Below are positions 32,064 to 50,792 of a stretch of DNA of 64,000 nucleotides, one piece after another. Location: the NCBI RefSeq assembly GCF_009914755.1, contig NC_060928.1; one strand, given 5' to 3'. The translations under genes were made by a program, and so were the position numbers. The notes beneath the pieces are model-generated. The model made no database searches. It was not told where the DNA came from and saw only the letters and a program-made list of their open reading frames with translations. Each line of letters starts with the position of its first letter. The stretch's first letter is position 1. The DNA is from the human T2T-CHM13v2.0 reference genome, Homo sapiens.

Positions 32064-32544
32064 CAGGAGTCCCCAATCCCCCAGCCAGACTGGTACCAGT
32101 CTATGGCCCGTTAGGAACCTGGCCACACAGCAGGAGGTGAGCAGTGGGTAAGCATTGCTGCCTGAGCCCCACCTCCTGTCAGATCATTGGTGGCATTAGA
32201 TTCTCATAGGGGTGTGAACCCTATTGTGAACCATGCATGTGAGGGATCTAGGTTGCCCGTATGAGACTGTAATGCCTGATGATCTGTCACTGACCCCCAT
32301 CACCCCCAGATGGACCATCTAGTTGCAAGAAAACAAGCTCAGGGTTCCCATTGATTCTACATTATGGTGAGTTGTAGAATTATTTAATTATATATTACAA
32401 AGTAATGATAGTAGAAATAAAGTACACAATAAATGTAATGTGCTAGAATCATCCTGAAACTATCCCCTTTCATCCTCCCAAATCCGTGGAAAAGTTGTCT
32501 TCCATGAAACCAGTCCCTGGTGCCAAAAAGACTAGGGAATGCTG
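32064..32544 (+). mobile_element. MER1A (hAT-Charlie)
   Basis: TIR CAGGAGTCCCCAA and the MER1A AT-rich interior; perfect 8-bp TSD GTCTACAA. Confidence 0.9.
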
Positions 32545-32635
32545 GTCTACAAAGTACAGTCAATAAATCTAAAATCTTACCTGTAATAGTAAAAATGAGA
32601 GGATATCCCTATGCAGAAGAATGAAACTAGACCCC

Positions 32636-33078
32636 TGTATTGGTCAGAGTTCTCTAGAGGGACAGAATTAATGGAATAGATATATATATACAAAAGGGGA
32701 GTTTATTAAGTATTAACTCACATGACCACAAGGTCCCACAATAGGCTGTCTGCAGGCTGAGGAGCAAGGAGAGCCAGTCCGAGTTCCAAAACTAAAGAAC
32801 TCGGAGTCCAATGTTCGAGGGCAGGAGGCATCCAGCATGAAAGATGTAGGCTGGAGGCTAGGCCAGTCTCTGTTTTCACATTTTTTCTGCCTGCTTATAT
32901 TCTAGCTGCACTGGCAATTGGTTAGATTGTGCCCACCCAGATTAAGGGTGGGTCTGCCTTTCCCAGCCCACTGACTCAAATGTTAATCTCCTTTAACAAC
33001 ATCCTCACAGACACACCCAGGATCAATACTTTGTATCTTTCAATCCAATCAAGTTGACATTCAGTATTAATCATCACA
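32636..33078 (-). mobile_element. MLT2A (HERV-L) solo LTR
   Basis: TGTATTGGTCAGAGTTCTCTAGAGGGACAG...TAATCATCACA; perfect 5-bp TSD ACCCC. Confidence 0.9.
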
Positions 33079-33889
33079 ACCCCTATCTGTCGTCATATAC
33101 AAAAATCAAAGTGGATTAAAGACTTACATCTAAGACCTCAAACTATGAAACTACTACAAGAAAACATTGGAGGAACTCTCCAGGACATTGGACTGGGCAC
33201 AGATTTCTTGGGTAATACCCCACAAGCACAGGCAACCAAAGCAAAAATGGACAAATAGCATCACATTAAGTTAAAAAGCTTCTGAACAGCAAAGGAAAAA
33301 GGAAACAATCAACAAAGTGAAGGGACAATTCATACAATGGGAGAAAATATTTGCAAACTACCCATCTGACAAAGGATTAATAACTAGAATATATAAGCAG
33401 CTCAAATAATTCTATAGGAAAAAAATCTAATGATCTGATTTTAAAATGGGCAAAATATCTGAATAGACATTTCTCCAAAGAAAATATACAAATGGCAAAT
33501 AGGTATATGAAAAGATGCTCAACAAATGCAAATCAAAACTGTAATGAGGTATCATCACATCCCAGTTAAAATGGCTTTTATCCAAAAGATAGGCAACAAC
33601 AAATGCTGGCAAGGATGTAGTGAAAAGGGAACCCTCATACACTGTTGGTGGGAAGGTAAATTAGTACAACCACTATAAAGAACAGTTTGATGGTTCCTGT
33701 AAAAACTAAAAATAAGAGCTACCATATGATACAGCAATCCCACTGCTGGGTATCTATCCAAAAGAAAGGAAATCAGTATATTGAAGAGATATCTGCACTC
33801 CCATGTTTATTGCAGCACTGTTCACAATAGCTGAGATTAGGATACAACTTAAGTGTCCATCAACAGATGAATGGATAAAGAAAATGTGT

Positions 33890-34214
<325 letters not shown>

Positions 34215-37153
34215 CTATGTAGCCATAAAAAAGAATGAGATCCTGTAATTTGCAACAACATGGATGGAACTGGAGGTCATGTTAAGTGAATTAAGGCAGG
34301 CACTGAAAGACAAACTTCACATGTTCTAATTTATTTGTGGGAGCTAACAATTAAAACAATTGAACTCATGGAGATAATGATGCTTACCAGAGGCTGGGAA
34401 GGGTAGTGGGTTGGGGTGGGGGATGGCGCGGTAGAGTGGGGATGGTTAGTAGGTACAAAAAAATAGTTAGAAAAAATGAATAAGATCTAGTATTTAATAG
34501 CACAACAGGGTGACTATAGTTAATAATAATAATTTAATTGTACATGTTAAGATAACTAAAAGAGTATAATTGCATTGTTTGTAACAAAAAGGATAAATAC
34601 TTGAGGTGATGGATACTTCATTTACCCTGACGTAATTATTACACATTGTATGCCCGTATCAAAGATCCCATATGCCTTATAAATATATATACCTACTATG
34701 TACCCACAGAATTTTTTAAATGAATAAAAATTAGAGTTAAAAGGCTCTTAGGTGCATACATTATAAAAGCTTTATCAAGGGAAATTTTGTAGTAAATAGC
34801 AAAAACCTTAAAAGTTTGTGTACCATTTGATCAAACAATTCCATTTCTGGAACTGTATTTTATGGAAATATTTAGGGACATGTGTAAAAAGTTATTAAGA
34901 ATGATTTCATCAATGTTAAAATGTTTAACATAAAAAATCGGAAATGATTGGGAATATTTATGTACGTTATGCCCCAACTCTGTGATTAAATATTATGCAT
35001 GTTTTAAAGAAATATTTAGCAATATAGCAAAATGTTATAACGAAAAATAAATTTATAAAATCGATGGACTGTATGATCTCATCTTTGGTTAAAATGAATT
35101 GCTGCATGCATAGAAAAAAGACAAGTCATGTTCTAAAATACTAATAGTTGTTACTTCTGGATATCTTTATAAATTTTTATATTTATGGTTTTTGTTTTTT
35201 TACATTTTCTACAATAGTATATATATTTACTGTGATAAGATTTTCAAAGCTTTTTTAAAAAAACTCTTTTTTGTAACAATTATACTAAATTTAAAGTCAT
35301 ACTCTTATATAAGAAATAAAAATATAATCGTTTAAGAATAAAAACAGTCCTTAATCCATGTTAGAGATTATCATGAAAAATGAAGAAAGCTTCACATATA
35401 AACATGAAAAAGAAAGCATTAAAGGAAGTGATCACTTGATACAAGTTTCTGTCTGCCTCACCTAGCCGGAAGTTAGCCCTCTATCCATGGAGCATCAGTA
35501 AAGTAAGGGTATAATTTTTAGTATTAGTAATAATTAATAGGTTTTTGCAAACCTATTATGCAAACTGCTTTAAAGCCAAAATAATTCTTTGAATATAAAT
35601 TTGGCTTTAATTCTATAAATTTAAAGAATTAATTTGGAAGCAAGATGGGTATTGTATCAACTTTGTATATATCCTATTATTCAAGTATTCAGCAAGGTGG
35701 CGTTGGGTACGAGCTATTTCATTTTGGATAAGAAAAGTGGCCAGCCATCTAATCCTTCCAGGAAAGAAATTTTTTAACATATGGCAAAGTGTGAGGCATC
35801 AGGTGTTATAAATCCCAGCTGTCATTCACACAACTAGCAGGCTGTTATGAGAAATATTCTGGGTATTCCTATTGAGTCGTGTGATTCAAGACTTAGTGTC
35901 TTTTTTGTTAATTTCTTCTTATTACTAAAGAGTAGCATATTCCATTATTAATACTTCCCTTTTCCATTAAACACACATTTCTTCTAAGAATAAAGTAAAT
36001 TATGATCATTGTTAAGCAACAAAAGCCCATCTACCTCATTCAACCCTTGCCCTCCCCAAATAAAACAAAACAAAAACAGATACTAAAACTGTGAGTTGTT
36101 CTGAAGTTTCTGCAGTTAGCTCAGGGAAAATATTTGCCTAAACTGCAGCTTCTTGTAGTCAGTCTTAAGATTTCCATCTATGTTCAAACTCTAAGAATTT
36201 GTCTCAATTTCTTCTGCTACCATAGGCATTGGTAGTGATATAGAACTAGGGAATAAGTAGCATAGCCAAATAGGTCTCGTCCAGGTAATCTCTAATGCTG
36301 CTTGTCTCATCTTCAAGACACACAAAAATTAAACTATATGGTTAGTAATTTTAGTTATATTAAATTTAAAACTTCTACTTACCAAAAGCACTATAAACAA
36401 AGAGATCAAGTAACAGGTAGGAGAAAATGTTCACAAGGTACAGAACAAAACATTAAAATTCACCATAAATAATGCTTACAGATGAATGAGAAAATGACAA
36501 ATGACCCAATAAAAATGGGCAAAGGACATAAACAGGTATATAAGAGAGAAAATCCAGAAGTAAAAACATATCAACAGAAGCTCTGTCTACTACAAATTAA
36601 GAAATGCAAATTTAAGCAATAAGAAGAAAAAAGTTCACATTCTTCTAGTTGTTTACAAAGTAGAAAGTCTGATAACGCCAAGCACAGAAGGATGTGAGCT
36701 GCTGATAGACATATAAATAGGTACAACCATTGGAAAACAATTCGATACTACCTAGTAAAGCTGAAAATGTCCTTACACCAAGACTCAGGTTTTTTAGTCC
36801 AGAGAAACTTGCCTACATATGCACAAGGAAGAATGTATAATATAAGAATATTTATTACCTCACCGTTTGAGGCAGAAATAAGGAAAATAAAAACAGTCTA
36901 ATTCTTCATTGGTTGGGAAATAAACAGTATGTAAGTATTCATACAGTAGGTTTTCATATAGTAGTTAAAACAAGTAAATCATAAGTACATGTATACAGTG
37001 GATCAATTCCAAAAATATTAAGTAAAAATGAAAGTAAATCACAGTAGGATACAATCAATATGATACAATATATACAAACATTATTTTGGGCATATAAAAT
37101 TATACACAAATTATATCAAATTGAATGTATCCTATTGTGATTTATTTTTATGA

Positions 37154-37446
37154 ATTTTTTTTTTTTTCAGACAGTCTCACTTTGTTTCCCAGGCTCAAGT
37201 GCAGTGGCGCCATCTCAGCTCACTGCAACTTCTGCCTCCCACGTTCAAGCAATTCTCCTGCCTCAGCCTGCTGAGTAGCTGGGATTACAGGCACACACCA
37301 CCACGCCTGGCTAATTTTGTATTTTTAGTAGAGACGGGGTTTCGCCATGTTGGCCAGGCTGGTCTCGAACTGTTGACCGCAAGTGATCTCCCCGCCTCAG
37401 CCTCCCAAAGTGCTGGGATTACAGGCGTGAGCCACCATGCCCAGCC
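37154..37446 (-). mobile_element. AluSx/Sz-like
   Basis: Full dimer. Confidence 0.93.
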
Positions 37447-37513
37447 TATGTAAAATGTATATATATACACACACAGTATGTATAGAGAGAGCATATATAC
37501 AGTATCTATATAT

Positions 37514-37516
<3 letters not shown>

Positions 37517-37563
<47 letters not shown>

Positions 37564-37564
37564 T
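37517..37564. repeat. (GT)n microsatellite, about 20 perfect units
   Basis: Direct reading. Confidence 0.97.
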
Positions 37565-38189
37565 CCAAAACATAAACTCATGCATGGCAATGATACATTA
37601 TTGACAGGAAATGGCTAACCCTGGGGAGATAAAGCAAAGAGATAGAAGTATGGTTTTAGTTATATCCATAATATTATGTATCTATATTATTTTCTTTATT
37701 TAGAGAAAAACATTCTGAAGATGGCAAAATGTAAATATCATTTAAATTCAGATGGTAGGTAAATAGTTGTCTAATATTATTTACTGTATACTGGAAATAT
37801 TTAATGATTAAATTAATTTTTTATTTAAGTTATTAATAAGAAAAACACTCAAATTGTTTTGAGAAATACAAAAGCAAGGCATATTGAAGCCATCTGAAAA
37901 GGCTCAAGTTCATTAATAGTTAATTTTGCCCCCATGACAAGTACTTGATGTAACAGCTCCAATTAAGCCCGAAAGAATGTCTGTTTTTAAACTTATCTTG
38001 GTGGGGAGCAGAACTGTTTTCTACTTATCTCCCATGACAGTGTGATGATTAAATTTTAAAAGGTTTTCCAAGCTTTCATTGACCTTACATTTACAAGTCA
38101 AAAGACAGATTTAGGCAAGTGAGCAAGTCATTCATACTTCAAATCAGTTTCTGTCATTTATTCAAATTTTTTATTATATTTGCTTCTTG

Positions 38190-38457
38190 TGTTTTTTGTT
38201 TGTTTGTTTGTTTTGAGACAGGCTGGAGCGCAATGGCGTGATCTCAGCCAGGTTCAAGCAATTCTCCTGCCTCAGCCTCCCAAGTAGCTGGGACCACAGG
38301 CGTGTGCCACCACGCCCAGCTAATTTTTATTTTTATTTTAGTAGAGACAGGTTTCACCATGTTGGCCAGACTGGCTTGAACTCCTGACCTCAAGTGATCA
38401 GCCCTCCTCAACCTCCCAAAGTGCTGGGATTACAGGGATGAGCCACCGTGCCTGGCC
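38190..38457 (-). mobile_element. AluS with two internal deletions in the right arm
   Basis: (TTTG)n tail; GAGACAG|GCTGG and CTCAGC|CAGG junctions. Confidence 0.9.
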
Positions 38458-38559
38458 TTTTATTTCCTTCTTTGGGTTGCTGATTTATTTGTTTGATTTT
38501 CTCTGACATTGTATACACTCGATGAAAATGCAAACCAATATAATTTAAGAAATCCCAAA

Positions 38560-39150
38560 CTAAAGAATGTCTTTGTACCATGGGTAACCATCGCAGTAGC
38601 AACTGGTTCAGTCAAGAATCATTAATGGGTGCTGAAACTGGTGGGCAAATGTTCAACGGGAAACAGGATATATAGCCCCGAAGTATCTCACCACAAATTA
38701 CTTTTTAACTTTAAAGGGAAAAATAGCAACTTTAGAGTGGAGAAAACAGGCAGACATCACTTTAACCAAAGTAGCATCATGACTACTGAGACAAACCAAT
38801 ATTATGTGAACTGATGTGTGTATGACACAACACACTGAGATTACAGCATCACTTCTGTGCTAACCCTAACCCAAATGCATAACCCGAATCTAAGCATGAG
38901 GTGACATCAAACAAACCTAAACTAAGGAACATTCTACAAAGTAACTGGTCCATATGCTTCAAAAATGTCAAACTCATGAAAGACAAAGAAAGCCAGAGGA
39001 GTTATCCCAGATGAAAGAATACAAGAGTGACATGGCAGCTAAATGCAATAAGTGATCCTGGACTAGATTGGACTCTGTGTCACAAAATTATTTTTATTTT
39101 CCTAAGAATGACATCATTGGATAATTGGTGATTTTGAGTAATTCGTTCCA
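38560..39150 (+). mobile_element. Old L1MC/ME 3' UTR fragment
   Basis: AAAGGGAAAAATAGCAACTTTAGAGTGGAGAAA...TTAACCAA motif. Confidence 0.6.
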
Positions 39151-40029
39151 TGTTGCTTTTATTGAGAAGCCTCAGAATGCAAATTTAATATAAAATACTT
39201 AAAGTATCGACACCATATAACAAGATTAAAACTGTGAAAACATTAGTCTCACTTTGCCCCTCTGTAAGAATGATCCAGTTCTAAAAGACGGTTCTTCAGA
39301 CTTTGCTCTCAAAAATTACAAACAACTCTCATAGTAACATTGACAGAGAATTTCTAATATATATAGGTCCTGAATATGTTACAGATTTCATAAACTAAAT
39401 TTGAGGACTGTTGGTGGGAGCTCAGTAGCTGATCTATTCTACTGAAAAGCTGAAAAAGGAGAAAGATGATTAATAAGGCTGTCATAACCAAACAATATGA
39501 GTTTTATAGCTTATACCAGCTTTCAGAATTGCACTTAGAAACACAGTGGCAATCAGTCCAATACCTTGACCTTGATGCAATGCATTCTATTTCCTGTATC
39601 ATTAAATGTGGTGGAATTGTTATGAAGATGAGTGTTACACATCCCAGTTTTTTGGATAATGTTCTCCATAAATTTTATATATTGACTGCAATGCCTTATA
39701 GTTAAAAGGCAAGCTTGTTTCTCATTAACTATGTAACTTCAAGCTAATTACTTGGCTTCTTTGAGCCCTAGAGCCTGAATTTGTTATATGATAGGGTCAG
39801 AATCTCTTGTCTCTGAAATTCTTTTCAAGTCTAGTTGTGGATCATTCGAGATTTCAGTCAATAGTTAAGTTATCCGTAAAAATGATATATTTCTTCTAAA
39901 GCCAAAATAGAAAACTGCTCTTCTTTAAGAGCAATTCCTTATGTTAGCTTATTTTATGAAGTATTTTAGTTACATGAAAAATGTATAATTAAGAATAGAA
40001 CAAACTTCCGCGTACCCACCATCCAGCTA

Positions 40030-43000
40030 AAATACAGAACATTACAGTTTGTTATCTACCATGTTGGCAAAAATCCTTGAGTCTGACAAAATGCCTTATT
40101 ACCAACTCTGCAGGGAAATAGGCACTTTCACATATTGTTGGCAGGAATGCAAAAACAGTATGATGGGAATTTGGCAATATCTAGCAAAATTACATATGCA
40201 TTTAATCCTGGACACCACAATCACCTTTCTAAATCTATCTCAGAGATATATAGGCAGAAATATGAAATGATGTATATACAAACTTATTCATTGTAGTACT
40301 ATTTGTAATAGCAAAAGATTGCAAACAATCCAAATGTTCATTAATAAAGGACTGGTTGAAGAAATAATGATGAAGTACTATTCCACTATAAAAAATAGTT
40401 TATAAGATGCTGTGAATTGCGTATAGCATGCTACCTTTTGTTTAAGAAAGAGGGACTATAAGTGTATGTGTGTGAGTGTGTGTGGAATAAGCATTTTTTA
40501 AAAGTGATAATAGAAGGATAAACCAAAAGCCGATAAAAAAATGATTACTTATAACGGAAGGAAAAAACAGGAATCAGAGGATGACAAATACACATAAGAA
40601 AAGATGTTCAACCTCATACGTCATTAGGGAATTGCAAATTAAAATGAGATACCACTACACATATATTAGAATGGCTAAAATTCAAAACACTGACAGCACT
40701 AAATGCTTGTGAGGATGTGGACAACAGGAACTCTCATTCATTGCTGGTGGAAATGCAAAATGGTAAAACCACATAGGAAGACAGTTTGGCAGCTTCCTAC
40801 AAAACCAAGCATACTCTTACTGTATGATCCAGCAATCATACTCCTTCGTATTTGTCCAAATGAGTTGAAAACTTACATCCACACAAAATGCTGTATGTTA
40901 TTTTTTACAGCAGCTTTATTCATAATTGCCAAATCTTGGAAGCAGACAATGTCCTTCAGTAGGTGAATGGATGAACAACCTGTGGTACATCTTTACGGCA
41001 GAGTATTATGCAGAACTAAAAAGGAATGAGCTATCAAGCCACTTAAAGACATGGAGGAAACTTAAACGCATACTGCTAAGTGAAAAAAACAGTCTCAGTA
41101 GATAATTATAACTGTAATAATCCACCCTTATCCACAGTTTTGATTTCTGCAGTTAACCAAGGCCTGAAAATATTACATGGAAAGTTTCAGAAATAACTAA
41201 TTCATAAGGTTTAAATTGCACACTCTTCTGAGTAGCATGATGAAATTTTGTGCTATCCTGCTCCATCCTGCCCTGAACCTGAAACATTCCTTTGTCCAGT
41301 GCATCCATGCTCTATATATTACCAGATACATTAGTTACTTAATAGCTGTCTCTGTTATCAAGTCAACATGTACAAGAAGAGTGAGTACAGTACAATTAGA
41401 TATTTTGAGAGAGAAAGCATATTTACATAACTTTTATTACAGTATATTGTTATAATTGTTCTATTTTATTATTAGTTATTGTTGTTAATTTCTTACTGCA
41501 CATAATTTATAAGTAAACCTTATAAGTATGTATGTGTAGGGTTCTATGCTATCCATAGTTTCAGGCACCTACTGTCGGTCTTGTAACATATCCCTTGAGG
41601 ATAAAGGGGGACTATTATGTATGACATTCAAGAAAAAGCAAAACTATGGATACAGGAAAAGGTCAGTGGTTGCCAGGGTTTTGGGGAAAGAAGGGAGGGA
41701 TGAATATTGGAACATAAGGGATTTTTAGGGCAGTGAAATTACTCTGTATGTTATTGTAACGGTGGATATGTCATTAGACATTTTTCAAAACCCACAGAAT
41801 GTGCAACACAAAACAACAAACCTTAATATAAACCATGGTCTTTAGTTAATAACTGTACCAATGTTGGCTATCAATTGTAATAAATATACCACAATAATGC
41901 AGGACATTAATAATAGGGAAAAAGAGGCAGGTTTTCTGTAAACCTAAAGCTGTTTTAAAAAATAAATCTGTTAACGAAAAAGAAAGGCAGGGGACACAGA
42001 CTGGAAATAAACCTTCTCAGATGAAATCTGTCATATGGTTTTGACTTTCAAAACATGTAAATGTGACTATTAAATAACTTCAAAAACCAATTACTTTAAG
42101 AAGAAAATAAAAGAAAAAAGCAATCCCTAAAAATCTAAACCAAATTGAGACAAGTGAACTTAGCTCTACAGTAAGTTGGTGGCAAGACCAAATAGAGAAG
42201 AGCTCTGTCTAATGACTGCAAAAGGAATATTTTGGCTTTCATTCTTTTGTGAGATATATCCTAAAGACTAAAACATCACAAAGAAGTGTAACCTGTATTT
42301 AGTCATTTTATTGTTACTTACAATATTGGGGTTGCTATTTTGAAACTGTTATTTTAAAAATACCTATGATGCTGGGTGTGGTAGCTGCACCTGTAGCCCC
42401 AGCTACTCAGGAGGTTGAGGCAGATTGCTTGAGGCCATGAGTTTGAGGCTGCAGTGGGCAATATAGCAAGCACTCTACCCTGGGCAACATAGGAAGACCC
42501 TATCTCTAAAATAAAAAATAAACAAATAAATAGCTACATATAGCAAATATACATTATTTATATGGTAGGAAAAGACAAATACATGTTAATGTTATTAAAA
42601 ACCAAGATTTTTAGCTTAAGAGAACAAAGGCAAAATATTACAAAGTAGGTTAAAGTTCTAATCTTTAATTTAAATAGAAAATATCAGTACGAACTCATTA
42701 TTTACTTTTCTCCTTCTAGAAAATAGTTATTTCCCAGTTCTATCCACTGGAAAGTTCTGGAAGTAATAACAACTTAGTAGCAATGATCATCCCTAGTGCT
42801 CAGATTATAGTCTTCAAAGACCAAGGAAGCAAGCAAGGCCTTTGAAGAACTGGCTGATTTCATATAGAATAGGAAATATACATCCTGAGCCTGAGACCAC
42901 TTGCTGTGCCTGAAAGACAGAAAGCTATCAGAGACTACTGGGGTCATATCAAAATAATGAAAGAGTCAAACTAAAAATGCTCCACTCGCCAAAAATGGCA

Positions 43001-43200
43001 ACAATTTGAGCATCAAAAGAGAATAACAGGACACTTACTATATGATGCAACTGAGTAAAAGAATCCAGAGATATGATTCTACTTTTAGGAATTCCTAGAA
43101 AAACCTACTCTATAGTGACAGGAAGCAGATTAATGGTTGCCTAGGGCTAGGGATGGAGTGGGAGTAAGACTCACTGCAGAGGGGCTGAAAGGAATTTTTG
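40030..43200 (+). mobile_element. Cluster of old L1 (L1ME/L1MC) fragments; includes an Alu monomer at ~42370-42525
   Basis: ORF2-end remnants (ORF 40703-40966) and L1MC-type 3' UTR motifs. Confidence 0.65.
41114..41618 (+). mobile_element. MER44B-like (Tigger7-derived)
   Basis: TIRs CCACCCTTATCC / GGATAAAGGGGGACTA and a MER44-like interior. Confidence 0.8.
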
Positions 43201-43227
43201 GGGGTGATAGAAATATTCTATATTCTA

Positions 43228-43519
43228 GGCCAGGCAAAGTGGCTCACGCCTATAATCCCAGCACTTTGGAAGGCCGAGGCAGGTGGATCACTTGAGGTCA
43301 GGAGTTCAAGACCAGCCTGACCAGTATGGTGAAACCCCATCTCTACCAAAAATACAAAAATTAGCTGGGCATGGTGGCAGGCACCTGTAATACCGACTTC
43401 TCAGGAGGTTGAGGCAGGAGAATCGCTTGAACCCTAGAGGCAGAAGTTGCAGTGAGCGAGATTACACCACTGCACTCCCGCCTGGCAACAGAGCAAGACT
43501 CCGTCTCAAAAAAAAAAAA
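43228..43519 (+). mobile_element. AluSx-like
   Basis: Full dimer; TSD approximately AGAAATATTCTATATTCT / AGAAATTTTCTCTATTCT. Confidence 0.93.
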
Positions 43520-43599
43520 GAAATTTTCTCTATTCTGATTGTGGGGGTAGTTATACAGGCATATGCATTTTTCAAAATTCATTCAATTGCACAGTTTCT

Positions 43600-45979
<2,380 letters not shown>

Positions 45980-46169
45980 TCAATTGCACAGTTTCTAAAT
46001 GAGTGCATTTTATTGCATTTAAATTATAATTCCAATAATATTAATTTTTTAAAAAAGAGAAAAGGAATAAAGACTACAATGAATAGAAATCATAAGTGTA
46101 AAAATCTCAGAGTCCTTAATAAGTCTTTTTAAAAAATCGTCTTCATTCACCAATTGCCAGGATACCAAC

Positions 46170-46588
46170 TGCTATAGTTTGGAATACTGTTCTCTCTAAA
46201 TCTCATGTTGAAATTGGACACCCTATGTTGGAAGCGGGGCCCAATGAGAGGTGTTTGGATCACAGGGGCAGATCCCTCATGAATAGTTTAATGCCCTCTC
46301 CCAGGAGTGAGTTCTTACTCAGTAAGTTCTCATGAGAGCCTGTTGTTAAAAGGAGCCTGGCATCTCCTCTGTTTCTCTCTTGCTTCCTCTCTCACCATGG
46401 AGCTCTGTACACGCCAGGTTTCCTTCACCTTCTACCATGGATGGAAGCCTAAGGCCCTCACCCGATGCAGATGCCTGTACTGTACTTCTTGTACAGTCTG
46501 CAGAACCGTGAGCTAAGCAAACCTCGTTTCATTATAAATTTCTCAGCCTCAGATATTCCTTTATAGCAACACACAACACACTAAGACA
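46170..46588 (+). mobile_element. MSTB-like MaLR LTR
   Basis: TGCTATAGTTTGG...CTAAGACA; TSD CCAAC/CCAAA. Confidence 0.85.
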
Positions 46589-47200
46589 CCAAATCATTAT
46601 GCTAAAAATCGATAAATGTAAGTTATCACTTACCCTGCTTTTCTTATGTGGGCTGGACTTCAAGGTACCTAGTGGTTGATGAGGGAAAGTTCTTTATAGA
46701 ACAATTACAGTTAATAAATGCAGAAAGAATGATAAATTAGAAAATGACTATTTTTGAAATATTTTACAAAATGATGAATCTAAGTAAAAATCATCAGTGG
46801 TTTCTAAAACCATTAGGTGAAAGATAGATAAGGATCCTTAATACTATATCTATTGATGAATCAGGTCAACCACATTTGAACCACATTTAATTGATGGATA
46901 ACCAGACATTACGTGCCTCTTGCTGTGATACAATAGGAAGTATAGAGCATCATATATAGAGTATCCTTGCCTAAATAAATAAATCTTAAAAACTGAATCA
47001 AAAACAAACCTCTAAATCTTACTGTCAGTTTGTAGGAAATACTATTCTGTACTCGCTAAAATGAGAAAGTGAGTCTGACCTTAGCAAGCTTAGTGAAGAT
47101 GTAGAACCCTGGAAACTCTCACAATCTGCTGCCAGGAATGCAAATTGGCCCACGCAGTTTGAATTTGACAACACACACAAAATGGGGAAAATCACCTCCT

Positions 47201-47218
47201 TGCCACTAGATGGTGCTT
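47201..47218 (+). promoter_or_regulatory. Candidate CTCF site
   Basis: TGCCACTAGATGGTGCT is one mismatch from the CCACYAGRKGGCRC core. Confidence 0.5.
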
Positions 47219-47656
47219 ATTGGCTTTTGAGTAGTTTGTTGTATTGTTTTCTGTTACATTGCTGCATTCCTCTTTTTACTTCTGATGGATCACTGGAGGA
47301 ACGGACTGGGCACTAGGGACTAGAGCCTCACCAGAATGTTGTCACTGGGATCCCAAAAGCCATATCTGCTGCGGAACTATGTTGCCCCTGGGGACACATC
47401 TCTGAGAGTTGCTGCTTGCCCTAGCCACTTACATTATTCAGTTCCTTAACAATATCTGTCTCTATACTGTGTCGAGGGTATTTTTCTGAAGAATATATTT
47501 TTCAATACAGTCTTATTATTTTTAATTATTTCACATAATATCTGTGCTCTCTATTTAACTTTTTTAAGATAACTTTGAAATTATAAAATATGGTACAAGA
47601 AAATCCTTCATACACTTCATCTAGGCCCCAGGTTCACCACTTATTACGATTTACCA

Positions 47657-47870
47657 TTCTCTCTCTCTCTCTCTAAATCATATGTATATAATTTATATAT
47701 GCCATATATATTATTTTATATACTTTTATATATTATATATATTTTATATATTATATAATTTATAGATATGTATATAATTTATAGATATATTGTATAATTT
47801 ATATATTAATTTATGTATTTATTATATAATATATGATATATAGTTTATATATATTATACATATATATACA
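47657..47870. repeat. (TC)n followed by an AT-rich (TA)n low-complexity tract
   Basis: Direct reading. Confidence 0.9.
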
Positions 47871-48624
47871 TTTCTAAACCTTTTAATAGTGAGTTGCAGA
47901 CATAATGCCCCACTGGCCTTATAAACACAGACACTATTCTATAAAACCACAGCATACCCATCAAAATCAGAAAATTAACATGGATATAGTGCTATCTAAT
48001 GTACAGACCCCTTTCAAATTTTACCAGTTATCCCAATAGTATCCATTATAGCAAACATACAACAAAACAAAATAAGAAACAAAAAACCCACAATTGTTTA
48101 AAAACTTCTTTCCCTTTCCCCTTTTCCTTTTTGTTCCAGGACTCAACCCAGGATTATCCACAGCATTTAGTTGTCATGTACATATCTTCTTCAATCTAGA
48201 CAGTTCCTCAGGCTTTCCTTGTCTTTTATTATCTTGACATTTTTAAAGGCCAGATATTTATACTACCTTCAATTTGGGTTTGTCTGATATTTTTTCATGA
48301 TTAAAGTTATGATTTTGCAGGGCAGGACTATCACAAGTGATACTGTGTTAGTGCATCATATTAGGAGGTGCACAATGTCAGTTTGTCCTATTACTGGTAA
48401 ATTAACCTTTATCATTTTGTTTGTCCACTGTTAGTCTTATAAATAAATATGTTTATTTATTATTATTATTAATGCTATTATTAAATAATTAAAAAGCATT
48501 TTATGGGGAGATACTTTGAGACTATGTTAAGTATCTTTTCTCTCATCAAACTTTCACTCATTATTTTGGCCTCCTATTTTAGTATGGTTGTTATCAAATG
48601 GTGATTCTCTAATTCCATTATTTC

Positions 48625-48952
<328 letters not shown>

Positions 48953-49273
48953 TAAAGAAGAGCTTTCCATTTATTTATTCATTTCTTTGTATCAGTATAG
49001 GTTCATGGATTCTATTTTATTCAATGGCTTATAATCTGTTACTAACGTTATTTATTTTGATGCTCAAATTGTTTTGTATTTGGCAAGTGGGATCCCCTTC
49101 AGTTTGAATCCTTTGTCCTTTAATGTGGTTCAAATCTACTTTGAGAGCTTTCTTATTTTCTGGTGCAAGATGTTTCACACTCAGCTTATACTTTTGTCTG
49201 CACAGTCCTGAAACTGGTGACTTCTCCATGAGCCTTGGTTCCTTTTAGTAAGGTATTTAAAAACCAAGATCTG

Positions 49274-49577
<304 letters not shown>

Positions 49578-49752
49578 AAAAACCAAGATCTGGGTACTAA
49601 GTGTGCTTATCGCTACAAAGATGCCACTGTTCACAGACCCTCTTACCAAACACAGCCAGAGAATACATATATATCCATTCCTATATATATTTCAACCTCT
49701 ATATCTGCATATTAACACCACTATGAGCTCACAGAAGTATCTATAATTCTAA

Positions 49753-49984
<232 letters not shown>

Positions 49985-50460
49985 CCACAGAGTTTATTGT
50001 AGCCTTTCCTCTTTCTGTATTTGTTCTCCTTACTCTGTAAGAAAGTTGTCTTTCATTGTCCTTAATCTATTAATTTTCCCTGTAGGTAATCAATATCCAG
50101 ATGAAGTGAATTATCTCTTTGGCAGAAACCACCACACGATATCCACAGTTTACTTCCTCAGCCCCAGCCCCTCTAAAACTTCCAGGCACACGATATCAGT
50201 CTCCCTACCCCAAATGATCTCCAGTCATTCATGATTCCTGCCTTCCCTGCAGTATGCACATAGGATCAAGCACCAAGGCCTGACTATGCTACCTCCTAAA
50301 TTTTTCCTGAATCTGCATTTTCCTCTATATTCTATGTGATTGCATGACTAGGAAAACCTTGCCAACTGCCTAGTTAATCATTGATGTCATTGAGATAACT
50401 AATATAATCTTTCTCCCTCTCCCTTTAATTTTTTTGACTTATTAAGAATTATTAAGTGTT

Positions 50461-50792
<332 letters not shown>

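Larger units (their letters stand above)
36320..37800 (+). mobile_element. Decayed L1ME-like fragments
   Basis: AAAAATGGGCAAAGGACATAAACAG and other ORF2/3' UTR-like remnants. Confidence 0.55.
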
